From an uncultured virus (IMG/VR IMGVR_UViG_3300045005_000111) (taxonomy: Duplodnaviria; Heunggongvirae; Uroviricota; Caudoviricetes): 64,000 bases of DNA. Positions 1 to 8,900 of this stretch are shown one piece after another. The notes beneath the pieces are model-generated. The model saw nothing but the letters and a program-made list of their open reading frames with translations. It ran no database searches and had not been told where the DNA came from. The stretch is from the IMG/VR virus record IMGVR_UViG_3300045005_000111. One strand, written 5' to 3'. Made by a program: the position numbers and the translations under genes. Within the stretch, counting starts at the first letter, position 1. The number at the start of each line of letters is the position of its first letter.

Positions 1-214
1 TGTCGTCGGGGTCGTCGCGGTCGTACGGCTGGGCGTGCGGGCGAATCGTCTCGGCCATTTCGGGTCGGCCGTTTTCCTCGACGTAGTCGGCGTACACCAG
101 CCGGACAGTGTTCTCTGCGGTGTCGGTCTCTTTGATGGCCTTCAGCAGGGCTTTCTCTTCGTCGTTGATCTGCGGCCCGGTAGGTCGGGTACGGAGCTTC
201 GGCTGCCTGAGCAT
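1..214 (-). CDS. TIGR02996-like (repeat-companion) domain protein, runs off window edge
   Basis: Manual translation from ATG at 214 (GGAGG RBS upstream): MLRQPKLRTRPTGPQINDEEKALLKAIKETDTAENTVRLVYADYVEENGRPEMAETIR..., matching the 'E.ALL.AI...D...RLVYAD..EE.G...AE.IR' pattern; absent from the ORF track because truncated. Confidence 0.75.
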   Translation of the reverse strand, partial: MLRQPKLRTRPTGPQINDEEKALLKAIKETDTAENTVRLVYADYVEENGRPEMAETIRPHAQPYDRDDPDD

Positions 215-231
215 GTCATCCTCCGCGCATG

Positions 232-260
232 AAAAAACCCGGCGGGAAAAGCCCGCCGGG
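232..260 (-). terminator. Rho-independent terminator
   Basis: Minus strand CCCGGCGGG-CTTTT-CCCGCCGGG followed by T6, just downstream of 288-542. Confidence 0.8.
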
Positions 261-287
261 CTGATTGTACATCACCGACATCGAAAA

Positions 288-542
288 TCAGAAGACCTCG
301 TCGTCTTCGTCGTCGTCCTCGTCGTCGTCCTCGTCGTCGTCCTCGTCGTCCTCGTCCTCGTCCTCGTCGTCCTCGTCTTCGTCTTCGTCTTCGTCATCCA
401 GGTCGAGGTCGTCGAAGTCTTCATCGTCGTCGTCGAAGTAATCGTCATCGTCGTCGATATCGTCATCCTCGTCGGTGTCGTCATCGTCGTCATCGACGAC
501 ATCGTCGTCGAACTCGTCTTCGAGGTCTTCGTCAACGGGCAT
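288..542 (-). CDS. Extremely acidic 84-aa protein (68/84 D/E, no K/R); possible DNA mimic
   Basis: AGGAGG RBS overlapping the TAA stop of 555-3275, ATG start, own terminator downstream. Confidence 0.75.
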   Translation of the reverse strand: MPVDEDLEDEFDDDVVDDDDDDTDEDDDIDDDDDYFDDDDEDFDDLDLDDEDEDEDEDDEDEDEDDEDDDEDDDEDDDEDDEVF

Positions 543-554
543 GTCAGATCCTCC

Positions 555-3275
555 TTAGCTTGCCAGACGCGGATTCGCTCTGGTCGTCCCACGGATTCTT
601 TCGAGCTGACTGTCCCACCACTCTACTGAGAATACCCACCCGGCAACCGGCGGGTCCATACGATCCTCCTGATCGAGCAAAACCCCAGCTTCGGTAAGGG
701 CGGTAGTGAGGTCTCGGTCGTCAGGCGCCGGTAGACCCTTGTCAAACAACGCTCGGTACAGACCGGATTTCGCCAGCCAAACTCGATCACCGTCGCGAAC
801 CACGGCCGGTGTTTTCCGTCGGTTTTCGTGCGTCCGCATTCGAGCACCTGTCAGTTGCCCTCCCTCGACCAGACGACCGACTACTTCGCCGAACGCTCGA
901 GCCACCTGATTCGGCCGGTCGGCGTAGGGGGCGGCGGCGTCGAGGATGACGCGGGCTTTGCGAAACACGGTCGCGTCCAGACCTTCGGCCTCCAACCATT
1001 CGCGCATACCTTGCAGAACCCGATCGGCCAGCGGACCTGACTCCGGCAGTCGCAGGTTGCGGTGCATAAGGAATCGGAAGAAGTTCGACAGCAGCTTGGC
1101 CGCCGGCCTTTGAAGCCTCATCGGATCACCGGCCGCCTCCGTCTCGACCCTGGTGTACTGTCCTGTTATTGCCCCAATTCGGCTCTCGAACCACGTTGCT
1201 TGCCAGACGCTGTTGCGGATGCCGGACGATCCGATCCACGCCCGGAAGGCCGTGAGGCTGTTGGCCTGGTTCGGCACCAACACCGGCCATCCGTGTTTGG
1301 CCTCCTCGGCAGCCAGGTCGAACACCCGTTTGGACGCGTTCGTGTGGCTGATAGGCGGCTGATAGGCGGCGCATCCGAGCCAGCAGGCCATACGGGCCGC
1401 CAGCTCGGCCGACTTTCCAACCAGGCCGATGGCCGATGTTTTCAGGCCGTATGCCGGGGCCAGCACGTCGGACGCGACGGCCGAAGCTATGGCCCACAGC
1501 ATCGCCGTTAACGGCTCGTCTTCGGTCAAGGCGTCCCAGTCGAGACGGGACAGCGGTTCTCCCGCGCAGCCTGTCGTAGGGGTCGTGTCGTCTCGTAGAG
1601 GGTACACCCCCTCGTCGACGAATTCGTCGGCGGTGACGACGAAGTTGGCGAACACGAACTTGTGGGGGTCCGAACACCAGCCGACTCGCTCTGGGCCTTT
1701 GACGTGACGGGGAGGATGGAGCTGCATGGCAATCTGCGTCACCTGCGTTCCGTATCCCTTGCTGTACACCACCACACCCTTGCCTGCGGCCAGCACTTTT
1801 GCCCTCATCCACGCGAGTGTCTTGTTTTCCACTTTGGCCTGCGGCTCAACGAACGGCACTTGTTCGTCGCGAATGCCGATCGACCCCCGGTAGTAGGTCT
1901 TGTCGCCGATGGTGATCACTTCGTCGATCCGCAGACGGGCGTTGACCATCTGCTCGCCGTTGCGGCGGATACCGTCCCGCCCCTCAGTGAACAAGTTCCC
2001 CCCGATCTGCACCGACAGTCCGTTAGTGTTCTCGACCCGCAAAAGGCGCGACTGCGTGGTAGCGAGTTCGCCACGACTCATGATTTCATTTCTCTCGTCA
2101 GCGTTCAGGTTCATGGCCGCCACCTCGGCTTGACCACTCGATTCCACCAGTGACTTCTGTCGTTCCTCGAGGGCCTCCATCCAGTCCAGCGACCGGGTAA
2201 TTGCCCGATCGACCCACATCTTTGACTCGTACCGGCTCAGGTGCTTGGCGATGGTGTCGTTGACACCGTCCTCCGCGCATACACGTCCGCCGTTCTCGCG
2301 AGCCAGTCGTATCAGCTCACTCGTCGATCGCATGCCCCAGAACACCGGCGTCGTCCCGGCCAGGCCGGCATACGTCTTCGTACTTCGGTCCTTGTGTTTC
2401 AGGCGTACGACTACCGGCAGCGGCTTGCCTCCGTCACGCAGATGCTTGTGCTGCAGCTTCAGAGCCTCGATCAAGTCGTCGGTGACGACCGCCGTCGCGG
2501 CGTCGGCGGCTACCGGCAGCATAGCGATTCCGAGCTCTTTCGACCTGCTGCCGGTGTTGCCTATGATCGGGCGGATGATGATGTCTTCGGGCCGGCCCTG
2601 TCGTCCGATGAAAACCAGTGACCGAATTCGGCCGGGAAGGTCCCAGGCAGGCACGACCAGAATGTCGGCCCAGCCGTTGCCGACGAACGACCGCAGCTTG
2701 CCGGTGTCCGTCGACCGGTTCATGGGCGGGTCGTCGGTCACCCGAAGGCCCAGCTCGGCGTCCCGACGATGACAGGCGCCGGTCAGCATGCCGACGTGCT
2801 TCTGCCACTGGTCGAGATTTACGTCCGGGTCGATGCCCAATTTTGATAGCATCGCTCGCAATTCGCCGCTCTCGGCGACCAGTTTGCTCTCTCGACACGT
2901 CTTCCAGAAGTTGTTGACTTTACGACGGTAACGTACGAATTGCAGCTCGTAACCCTCGATCGCCGAATCGAGGTGGAACGCGTCGAGGTGCAGCTTTCGG
3001 TCCCGGCACAGGCGGGTGGCCGCGTCCCTCACGTCGGCCTTCCACACTCCGGCCGCGAGCTCTATCATATCCCCCGCCCACCCGCACCCCCGGCAATGCG
3101 ACCATTGCCCGCTGTACACCGGGTCGTGGTAAACGGTAAACTGGTGTTCGGCGCCGCAGAACGGACATCTCGTCCGGCACGGCAGAGCGGCCGCCGGGAC
3201 GGGTATACCGAGCGCGGGCAGCACCTCTGCCCAAAACGCGAACCGGGAAACATTCTGGAGGCCGAACATGGTCAT
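555..3275 (-). CDS. Primase-like replication protein with N-terminal Zn finger
   Basis: 906-aa ORF; CPFCG...HCRGCGWAGDMIEL resembles the CHC2-type primase Zn-binding domain; later domains degenerate. Confidence 0.6.
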   Translation of the reverse strand: MTMFGLQNVSRFAFWAEVLPALGIPVPAAALPCRTRCPFCGAEHQFTVYHDPVYSGQWSHCRGCGWAGDMIELAAGVWKADVRDAATRLCRDRKLHLDAFHLDSAIEGYELQFVRYRRKVNNFWKTCRESKLVAESGELRAMLSKLGIDPDVNLDQWQKHVGMLTGACHRRDAELGLRVTDDPPMNRSTDTGKLRSFVGNGWADILVVPAWDLPGRIRSLVFIGRQGRPEDIIIRPIIGNTGSRSKELGIAMLPVAADAATAVVTDDLIEALKLQHKHLRDGGKPLPVVVRLKHKDRSTKTYAGLAGTTPVFWGMRSTSELIRLARENGGRVCAEDGVNDTIAKHLSRYESKMWVDRAITRSLDWMEALEERQKSLVESSGQAEVAAMNLNADERNEIMSRGELATTQSRLLRVENTNGLSVQIGGNLFTEGRDGIRRNGEQMVNARLRIDEVITIGDKTYYRGSIGIRDEQVPFVEPQAKVENKTLAWMRAKVLAAGKGVVVYSKGYGTQVTQIAMQLHPPRHVKGPERVGWCSDPHKFVFANFVVTADEFVDEGVYPLRDDTTPTTGCAGEPLSRLDWDALTEDEPLTAMLWAIASAVASDVLAPAYGLKTSAIGLVGKSAELAARMACWLGCAAYQPPISHTNASKRVFDLAAEEAKHGWPVLVPNQANSLTAFRAWIGSSGIRNSVWQATWFESRIGAITGQYTRVETEAAGDPMRLQRPAAKLLSNFFRFLMHRNLRLPESGPLADRVLQGMREWLEAEGLDATVFRKARVILDAAAPYADRPNQVARAFGEVVGRLVEGGQLTGARMRTHENRRKTPAVVRDGDRVWLAKSGLYRALFDKGLPAPDDRDLTTALTEAGVLLDQEDRMDPPVAGWVFSVEWWDSQLERIRGTTRANPRLAS

Positions 3276-4431
3276 GGATCAAACCACAGATCCCAACGGG
3301 CAGACCCTTCACAATCTGACCAAGCTCTACGATCCGCCCGAGTTTGTCAAGGCGGCGTCCCACGACGTCATCACCGGCAAGTCTCTGGGGGCGCTCCCGC
3401 CGACGGCTTACGGGGATCCGCGCACGTCGCAGTTCCCGATCGACACTCCGGCCAGCACCTTTGTGTCGATGATGTACTTCCTCGACGCTCGGCCTGGTCT
3501 CGGCAAGATGGCTGCCCTCGTCGAAGACCGGATCGACACGGCCGCTCGGTATTTCGGCATCGAGGGTCACCTGAAGACCCTCAAGGAGAAGCACGCCGCC
3601 AACGAGCGGACCGAGCTGTCCTCCATGCCGGACGACGACTTCGGGTCCGTCATTCAGTACGAAGGCGGCAGGGTCGAACGGCATCTGCCGCTACGCAACT
3701 CCCACGAGGTGAAAGCCGCGTTCGACTTCCTCGGGAAATGGGGCAAGGATTTCGTCTACTCCGACCGCCGGGCCATCGCCGAGCGGGTGCTCCGCAAGTC
3801 GGCTTCCCTGGGAGGGTTGTCGGACGCCGAGGAGCAGAAGCTCACCAAGATGGCCGGCTGGGGGGTGGGGGCCGCCGAGGGCGTTGCCGAAGCCTTGTAC
3901 AAGCGGGCCGCCGCCCTGCGAACCCTGCGCCGCAATGTCGATCTGCAGGAAGCCTTGGCGGAGACCGCCATAGCGTGCCTGAAGAATCCGCAGAACTTCC
4001 ATGTCCCGGCCAACATGCAGAAGATCGCCTCCTTCATCGACGCGATCGACCGTGAGGAGGGGCTCCTGGCGGCCAACCTCGGCGCCCCGGAGGATCTGTT
4101 CCAGTTCACCGTCAAGGAGGCGAGCGACTTCGCCGACGACCACGTTCAGCTCACCACCGGAACGGTGTACAAGAAGGCCGATCTTCGTCAGCTCGACCTG
4201 ACCGACATCCAAGACGTGATGGGCAAGCAGTTTGCCGAGCTGGTGTCGGCCGGCGGGGTGATGCTCGACATCGAGAAACTGGCCGAACAGCTCCACACGT
4301 TGCCACGGGCCGACGCCAAACTGTTCGACCAGCTTGCCGAAGCTGTAGCCCTGGTCCCGATGGGCAAGCAGGCGGCTGACGACGGCGCCGTCAACCGCTT
4401 CTACGACGCTCTGGCGTCGTTGCATCAGTGA
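3268..4431 (+). CDS. Hypothetical phage protein (387 aa), only clear plus-strand gene
   Basis: Natural amino-acid composition and GC3-rich codons; ends at convergent hairpin. Confidence 0.8.
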   Translation: MVMDQTTDPNGQTLHNLTKLYDPPEFVKAASHDVITGKSLGALPPTAYGDPRTSQFPIDTPASTFVSMMYFLDARPGLGKMAALVEDRIDTAARYFGIEGHLKTLKEKHAANERTELSSMPDDDFGSVIQYEGGRVERHLPLRNSHEVKAAFDFLGKWGKDFVYSDRRAIAERVLRKSASLGGLSDAEEQKLTKMAGWGVGAAEGVAEALYKRAAALRTLRRNVDLQEALAETAIACLKNPQNFHVPANMQKIASFIDAIDREEGLLAANLGAPEDLFQFTVKEASDFADDHVQLTTGTVYKKADLRQLDLTDIQDVMGKQFAELVSAGGVMLDIEKLAEQLHTLPRADAKLFDQLAEAVALVPMGKQAADDGAVNRFYDALASLHQ

Positions 4432-4437
4432 TGACTC

Positions 4438-4467
4438 GGAGGTGCCGGCTCGGCGGCACCTCCAAAA
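4438..4467. terminator. Hairpin between convergent genes
   Basis: GGAGGTGCCG-GCTCGG-CGGCACCTCC-AAAA (T-tract on minus strand). Confidence 0.7.
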
Positions 4468-4476
4468 GTCTTGGCG

Positions 4477-4998
4477 CTAACACTTCAGGCCCACGTCATC
4501 CAGCGGCACGTTGTACGCGAACAGAATCCCGTCGTCGGCCTCGAGCTTGAGGTCCTCCTCCGGCGGGAAGTACCTTCTCAACACTTTCTCCGACCGCCAC
4601 GACATCGCGCGGAAGAACTTTTGGGAAATCACGTCGCGGTCACGGACCATGGCCGTCGCTCGAATACGGCAGCTGCCCATCAATTTCGACATGAGCTTGT
4701 CGAGCATCTGGGTGCCGATTCCGTGCCGGCGATGATCCGGGTGGACGGCGATTTTGAGGAGCGTGAACGACGTACGGTCTTGCTGGTAGGCAAAGTACCC
4801 GACTGTCTGCAAACTGTTGGCGTTGCCTCGGTATGCCAGCATGACAACGCAAGTCTTCTTGCTCAGGTGCTTCTTAAAGTCGTCGGCCGTCCAGACGTCC
4901 TCGAACGACCCGTACTCGATCTGCAGCACCTCGTCGATGTCTTTGGGCGTCATCCAGCGTATTTTGACCAGGGTCGGGACCTTTTCGGTGGCCGTCAT
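4477..4998 (-). CDS. RimI-like GNAT N-acetyltransferase
   Basis: KIRWMTPKDIDEVLQIEYGSFEDVW... and acetyl-CoA motif IAVHPDHRRHGIGTQM; GGAGG RBS before ATG 4998. Confidence 0.85.
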   Translation of the reverse strand: MTATEKVPTLVKIRWMTPKDIDEVLQIEYGSFEDVWTADDFKKHLSKKTCVVMLAYRGNANSLQTVGYFAYQQDRTSFTLLKIAVHPDHRRHGIGTQMLDKLMSKLMGSCRIRATAMVRDRDVISQKFFRAMSWRSEKVLRRYFPPEEDLKLEADDGILFAYNVPLDDVGLKC

Positions 4999-5074
4999 GG
5001 CTCGATCCTCCGTGGTGGAGAGGGGCGCATCCCTGCCCCCTGCAGTGTACCCCAACTCGACTCGGCGGCCCACA

Positions 5075-5392
5075 TCATCCCGTGGTCTCGTCGCGCCACT
5101 CCCAATCGAGGTATTTGAACGCGCCGGCCACGTCGTCCTTCATCGCCTGCAGGTCGGCGTAGTCGAAGTATTCGAGGTTCGTCCGGGCGGGTTGGCTGAT
5201 CCACTCGAAGAAGACGTCGAAGGTGTTGTACCCCATCCAGTGGACCTGCCCGACCGTGAGCAGCTCCCGCTCGCCCAGTTTCAGGCCCGGTACGGGGACG
5301 AAGCCGATGATCTTCTTCGCCTTACCCTTCGACTGGGTCTTGCTCGGTGAGTGCGTTACCTCGACGTGGAACGTGACTTCGATCGGGTTCAT
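5075..5392 (-). CDS. Hypothetical protein
   Basis: MNPIEVTFHVEV...; ATG overlaps upstream stop. Confidence 0.6.
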   Translation of the reverse strand: MNPIEVTFHVEVTHSPSKTQSKGKAKKIIGFVPVPGLKLGERELLTVGQVHWMGYNTFDVFFEWISQPARTNLEYFDYADLQAMKDDVAGAFKYLDWEWRDETTG

Positions 5393-5631
5393 TTCGGCTC
5401 TTCCGGGTTGTGGTAGGGGATGCCGACCGACTGAAGCGCCGCCGCTCCCGGCACGGTGGTGAAGATGGGGTGCGGCACCTCTTCGGTCCACACGCAGAAG
5501 CACCCCGAGTGCTGGCCGCACTCGGGGCAGTGGAGAGTCTTGGCGTCGTGCTTCTTCGGGTCCCAGGTGCAGACCACGAAATGAAGTCCGCACGCGAGGC
5601 ACTTAGCCTTTACCTGTGTGTGCTTGGTCAT
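5389..5631 (-). CDS. Small Zn-finger protein
   Basis: CLAC...CPEC motifs, coupled to neighbours. Confidence 0.6.
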   Translation of the reverse strand: MTKHTQVKAKCLACGLHFVVCTWDPKKHDAKTLHCPECGQHSGCFCVWTEEVPHPIFTTVPGAAALQSVGIPYHNPEEPK

Positions 5632-5758
5632 CTGGTCTGTCTCCGTCCACGGGCTCGGTGTCGATGTCCGGACTGCCGCACTGCGGGCAGAGTACGGGCT
5701 CACCTTTCTGGATCTGATCGAACGTGCCGCACTTCGGGCACTTCACTTCCCACGTCAC
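5603..5758 (-). CDS. Small Zn-ribbon protein
   Basis: GTG start overlapping upstream TGA; CPKCG...CPQCGS. Confidence 0.6.
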   Translation of the reverse strand: MTWEVKCPKCGTFDQIQKGEPVLCPQCGSPDIDTEPVDGDRPDDQAHTGKG

Positions 5759-6153
5759 GGCTGATCTCCTTGTGACGGCTGTTCGGCTTCGTACTCGTCG
5801 TCCTCTTCTTTCTGCTTCTGCTCGAGGACGCGGTCGATTTGTTCGAGAAAGTCGGTCGTCGCCGGCGTGGGCGGGCCGTCGTCGTAGCACAGCACGACGG
5901 TCATGGTCTCGTCCTCGGACTCAAGGTTGTAGGTGTCGAGGACTCCTTGGTAGTCGCCCTCCTTGTACGCCTGGACGATCTCTCTCTGAGCTTCCAGGCT
6001 TAACCTGCCGTCGACGTCGCCGCTATTGATGTTGTCGAGGACGGCGAGCGAGAGTCCGAGAAGGGCCTCTTCTTTGTTGGCGTAGATACAAACGTCGGTG
6101 CCGTGGCGGTGGGTGTACACGCCCACCGCTCGGGGTTTGACGTCTTCACTCAT
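5755..6153 (-). CDS. Hypothetical protein
   Basis: MSEDVKPRAVGVYTHRHGTDV...; acidic, operon-coupled. Confidence 0.65.
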   Translation of the reverse strand: MSEDVKPRAVGVYTHRHGTDVCIYANKEEALLGLSLAVLDNINSGDVDGRLSLEAQREIVQAYKEGDYQGVLDTYNLESEDETMTVVLCYDDGPPTPATTDFLEQIDRVLEQKQKEEDDEYEAEQPSQGDQP

Positions 6154-6349
6154 ATTCATCCTCATCCAGAACGCTCTCGTAAGTGATGTCGACCTCACCG
6201 GATTGGATCAGATCGACGAACTTTTTGAGGGCGAGTCGTTTGATGGTCTGGTACGAGGCGTCGAGGTTTTCAGGATCGACGCCGCTGGGCAGCCTGATGC
6301 ACACCCCGGTGTCGAGGAACACATCGAGCCGCAGATTTTTCTTCGCCAT
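6146..6349 (-). CDS. Hypothetical protein
   Basis: MAKKNLRLDVFLDTG...; fits the gap between neighbours. Confidence 0.6.
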   Translation of the reverse strand: MAKKNLRLDVFLDTGVCIRLPSGVDPENLDASYQTIKRLALKKFVDLIQSGEVDITYESVLDEDEYE

Positions 6350-6351
6350 TG

Positions 6352-6702
6352 TCACAGGTCCAGGCCGCGCACCTGCACCTCGTCGTCCCGGGGCGCAGCA
6401 ACCCGGGCCGGTGCCGATCCGCCACCGCTGCCTGAGCCGCCGTTGGCCGAGTCGAGTACGGCCTGCGGGGCTCCGGCGTGCTTCGAGGCCGCGACCTCGG
6501 TGTAACCCTTGCCGGTCTTCTCGCTCATCATCTTCGCGGCGTAGTCCATCGCCGCACGCGGCGACGCGAACTGCTTTGCCTGGGTCTGACCGGCTGTGCC
6601 GATCCGGCCCCAGGTAGCGAAGAAGAACTTGCCCCGGACCTGGCAGGTCCAGAACTTCGAGTGGTTTCCGCTGACGTACTGAAAACAACGCTTCTCGATC
6701 AT
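6352..6702 (-). CDS. Stand-alone WGR-domain protein, C-terminus ...VRGLDL
   Basis: SKFWTCQV...TWGRIGTAGQ...EKTGKGY is the WGR signature; GGGAGG RBS before ATG 6702. Confidence 0.85.
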   Translation of the reverse strand: MIEKRCFQYVSGNHSKFWTCQVRGKFFFATWGRIGTAGQTQAKQFASPRAAMDYAAKMMSEKTGKGYTEVAASKHAGAPQAVLDSANGGSGSGGGSAPARVAAPRDDEVQVRGLDL

Positions 6703-7011
6703 GTCAAAGCCCTCCCGTTCGCCCGGCGGTGCGGACGGCAGCCAGCTCCAGTCCTCTGGTTGCAGCTCCATCTCACAGCCACCACAGTATAACCAACTGA
6801 AGTTGTCCGGATCGGTGGCCTCCGGGCGGACCCGAGCCCCTTGCCTCCGGCCCACCCAGACGCCCAGCTCCGAGTCAACTTTTCCTTCGATCCAGAACCC
6901 TTCTCCGCCGTAGGTGTAGTGTACCTCGACTCCGTAGAGTCGGTGATCCCGGTTGCAGTATCCGCAGTGGGCGCGCTTCATCAGGATGCCGTACGGTACC
7001 TGACCGTCCAT
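6703..7011 (-). CDS. Cys-motif hypothetical protein, reads in frame into the WGR gene as assembled
   Basis: AGGAGG RBS; CGYC and CGGC motifs; no stop before WGR start. Confidence 0.55.
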
Positions 7012-7023
7012 GACGACCTCCTG

Positions 7024-7554
7024 TCAGATGTGCCAGCGGCAATGGACTGCCTCGATCATGTACTGGTGAACGGTCGGGAGGATCTTGAAGCTCTTCTTTT
7101 GCGCTTCTTCGAGAGTCACCCACTTCACGGCGTGGTGGGCGTCCCCTTCGAGCTTCAGCTCCTCCTTGTTGGAGAAGAGGATGTACACGAACGCCAGGTG
7201 CTTGTGGCCCGGTAGCGGCGGGAAGGCGTGCATGTCCACGGCGAAGGGAGTGTACAAAACCCGGGTCTCGTGCTCCCCGTTGTCGACGACGGCCATCCGC
7301 AGCAGGCTGGTGACACGCTGCTGTTCGGTCGTCTGGAACACCGAGTAGTCTTGTAGGTGGCGCAGGCCGGTCTCTTCCTCGACCTCGCGCTTGAGAGCCT
7401 TGTCGGTGTCCTCTCCGATTTCGACGTGGCCGCCCGGAGGCAGCCAGCACCCGAGTTTCTTGTGGTCCACCATGGCGACGGCCGCCATCCGGGGGTGGAC
7501 GATGAAGGCGGAGACCACGAAGTCCAGTTCGGCGAACAGGTGCGGCACGGTCAT
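7024..7554 (-). CDS. Nudix hydrolase
   Basis: Nudix box GGHVEIGEDTDKALKREVEEETGL; GGAGGA RBS. Confidence 0.9.
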   Translation of the reverse strand: MTVPHLFAELDFVVSAFIVHPRMAAVAMVDHKKLGCWLPPGGHVEIGEDTDKALKREVEEETGLRHLQDYSVFQTTEQQRVTSLLRMAVVDNGEHETRVLYTPFAVDMHAFPPLPGHKHLAFVYILFSNKEELKLEGDAHHAVKWVTLEEAQKKSFKILPTVHQYMIEAVHCRWHI

Positions 7555-7829
7555 TCCTCCGGTGGCGAGAAAACTTGATCGTCGGGAGCCTGCATCAGCT
7601 CCCGCACGGTATCGAGGATCTCTTTTTCGGAGAACATAGTGGCGACGTCGTCCGGCAGCGAGCAGCACGCCGCGTAGTTTTCCAGGGCGGCGCCGGTACC
7701 GTCGATCTCTCCGATCAGGCCCTCGATGTCGTCTTCGGCCTCCCACTGTTCTATCTTGGCCCGGACCGCCTTGCGGAACAGCTCCACAATGCGGTCCTTG
7801 TGGGCCTCCAGCGCCTCACGATTCGTCAT
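7551..7829 (-). CDS. Hypothetical protein
   Basis: MTNREALEAHK...; overlapping start/stop with neighbours. Confidence 0.65.
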   Translation of the reverse strand: MTNREALEAHKDRIVELFRKAVRAKIEQWEAEDDIEGLIGEIDGTGAALENYAACCSLPDDVATMFSEKEILDTVRELMQAPDDQVFSPPEE

Positions 7830-8214
7830 CGTCTTCCTCCTCCTCGTCGTCGTCCCCTTCCTCATCTTCGTCGTCGTCGCGGTCGGGGAAGAGTTCGTCT
7901 GCCGCCGCAGTCAGGGTGTCCCAGTTGACGCCCAGCGTAGCGTCGTGGTTGCGATCAACGAAGTCGAGCACCTCGGCGGCCTGCGCGTCGTCCAAGCCCG
8001 GGCACACGCTCTGCACGTCGCCGACGCTCCACTTGAGCGCGATCGTGTACTCTTCGTCCCCGTCGACGGGTTCGATCTCGTCCAGCTTGGCCTTGATGGC
8101 CCGCTGGACTTTCATGATCTTGTTGGTCATGCCCTTCGGTATCCGCGAGTCGTCGCAGATGAGTTGGAGGTCGTTGAGTAGCTTGCGAATCTCCTCGATC
8201 TCTGTCGTTGTCAT
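7816..8214 (-). CDS. Hypothetical protein with acidic tail
   Basis: MTTTEIEEIRK...HDATLGVNWDT...DDDEDEEGDDDEEEEDDDES. Confidence 0.7.
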   Translation of the reverse strand: MTTTEIEEIRKLLNDLQLICDDSRIPKGMTNKIMKVQRAIKAKLDEIEPVDGDEEYTIALKWSVGDVQSVCPGLDDAQAAEVLDFVDRNHDATLGVNWDTLTAAADELFPDRDDDEDEEGDDDEEEEDDDES

Positions 8215-8225
8215 GGTGTCTCCGG

Positions 8226-8624
8226 TTAGGGCTTGATGATGTAGTAGGCGTCGTGGACTTCGGCCGACTCCGGCTCGAACCACACACCGAACACCAGCAC
8301 GTCGGGATTCATCGGCTTGCTGGTCTCGAGTACCACGATCCGCATCCACAGGTTGTTGAACACCTGCCAGTCGCTCTCGAACACCGCGTCAATATCGCCG
8401 TGGTCGTACAGCGCGTATGCCTGGTCGGCGGACTCTTTGCGTTCGGTGCCCATAGTTCCGGGCGCCACGACCTCACGGAACCTAGCCAAAGCCAGTAGTA
8501 GAGACGTCGCGATGTGGTTGCATTTGTCGACGTCCATCATCACCGCCGGCGGCACCACGGTCTGCATGTGCTGCCAGAATGTCTCCGACGCTTCTTTAAT
8601 CCCCGACAGGAGTTTCGGTTCCAT
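8226..8624 (-). CDS. Hypothetical protein
   Basis: ORF with GGAG RBS in co-oriented array. Confidence 0.6.
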   Translation of the reverse strand: MEPKLLSGIKEASETFWQHMQTVVPPAVMMDVDKCNHIATSLLLALARFREVVAPGTMGTERKESADQAYALYDHGDIDAVFESDWQVFNNLWMRIVVLETSKPMNPDVLVFGVWFEPESAEVHDAYYIIKP

Positions 8625-8844
8625 CGGTGTTCTCCGGATAGATTGGACAGCCGGCCGCTTTCCATCGTAGAACTTCGGGAAAGGTACTCATATCGACGGC
8701 CCATGTCGGCGGGTACAGACGGCGGGACAGCGTGCCGTCTGGCTCCAGCACCTGACAGCCTGGGTACAGTTGGGCCACTGCGAATGCGGCAAGACGGCCG
8801 ACCGACTCATGCACTACCTGACCATTGAATATGACCTTGTACAT
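8596..8844 (-). CDS. Hypothetical protein
   Basis: GGAGG RBS; 82 aa. Confidence 0.55.
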   Translation of the reverse strand: MYKVIFNGQVVHESVGRLAAFAVAQLYPGCQVLEPDGTLSRRLYPPTWAVDMSTFPEVLRWKAAGCPIYPENTDGTETPVGD

Positions 8845-8900
8845 AGCCGCCTCCAGTTAAGCCCTGTGAAACTGCGTGAAGCCGTCGAGGCAGTCGTCTT

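Noticed and set aside
296..535. Non-coding (GTC)n microsatellite, or the Val-rich plus-strand and Thr-rich alternative ORFs
   Set aside because: RBS, start, stop and terminator fit only the Asp/Glu frame
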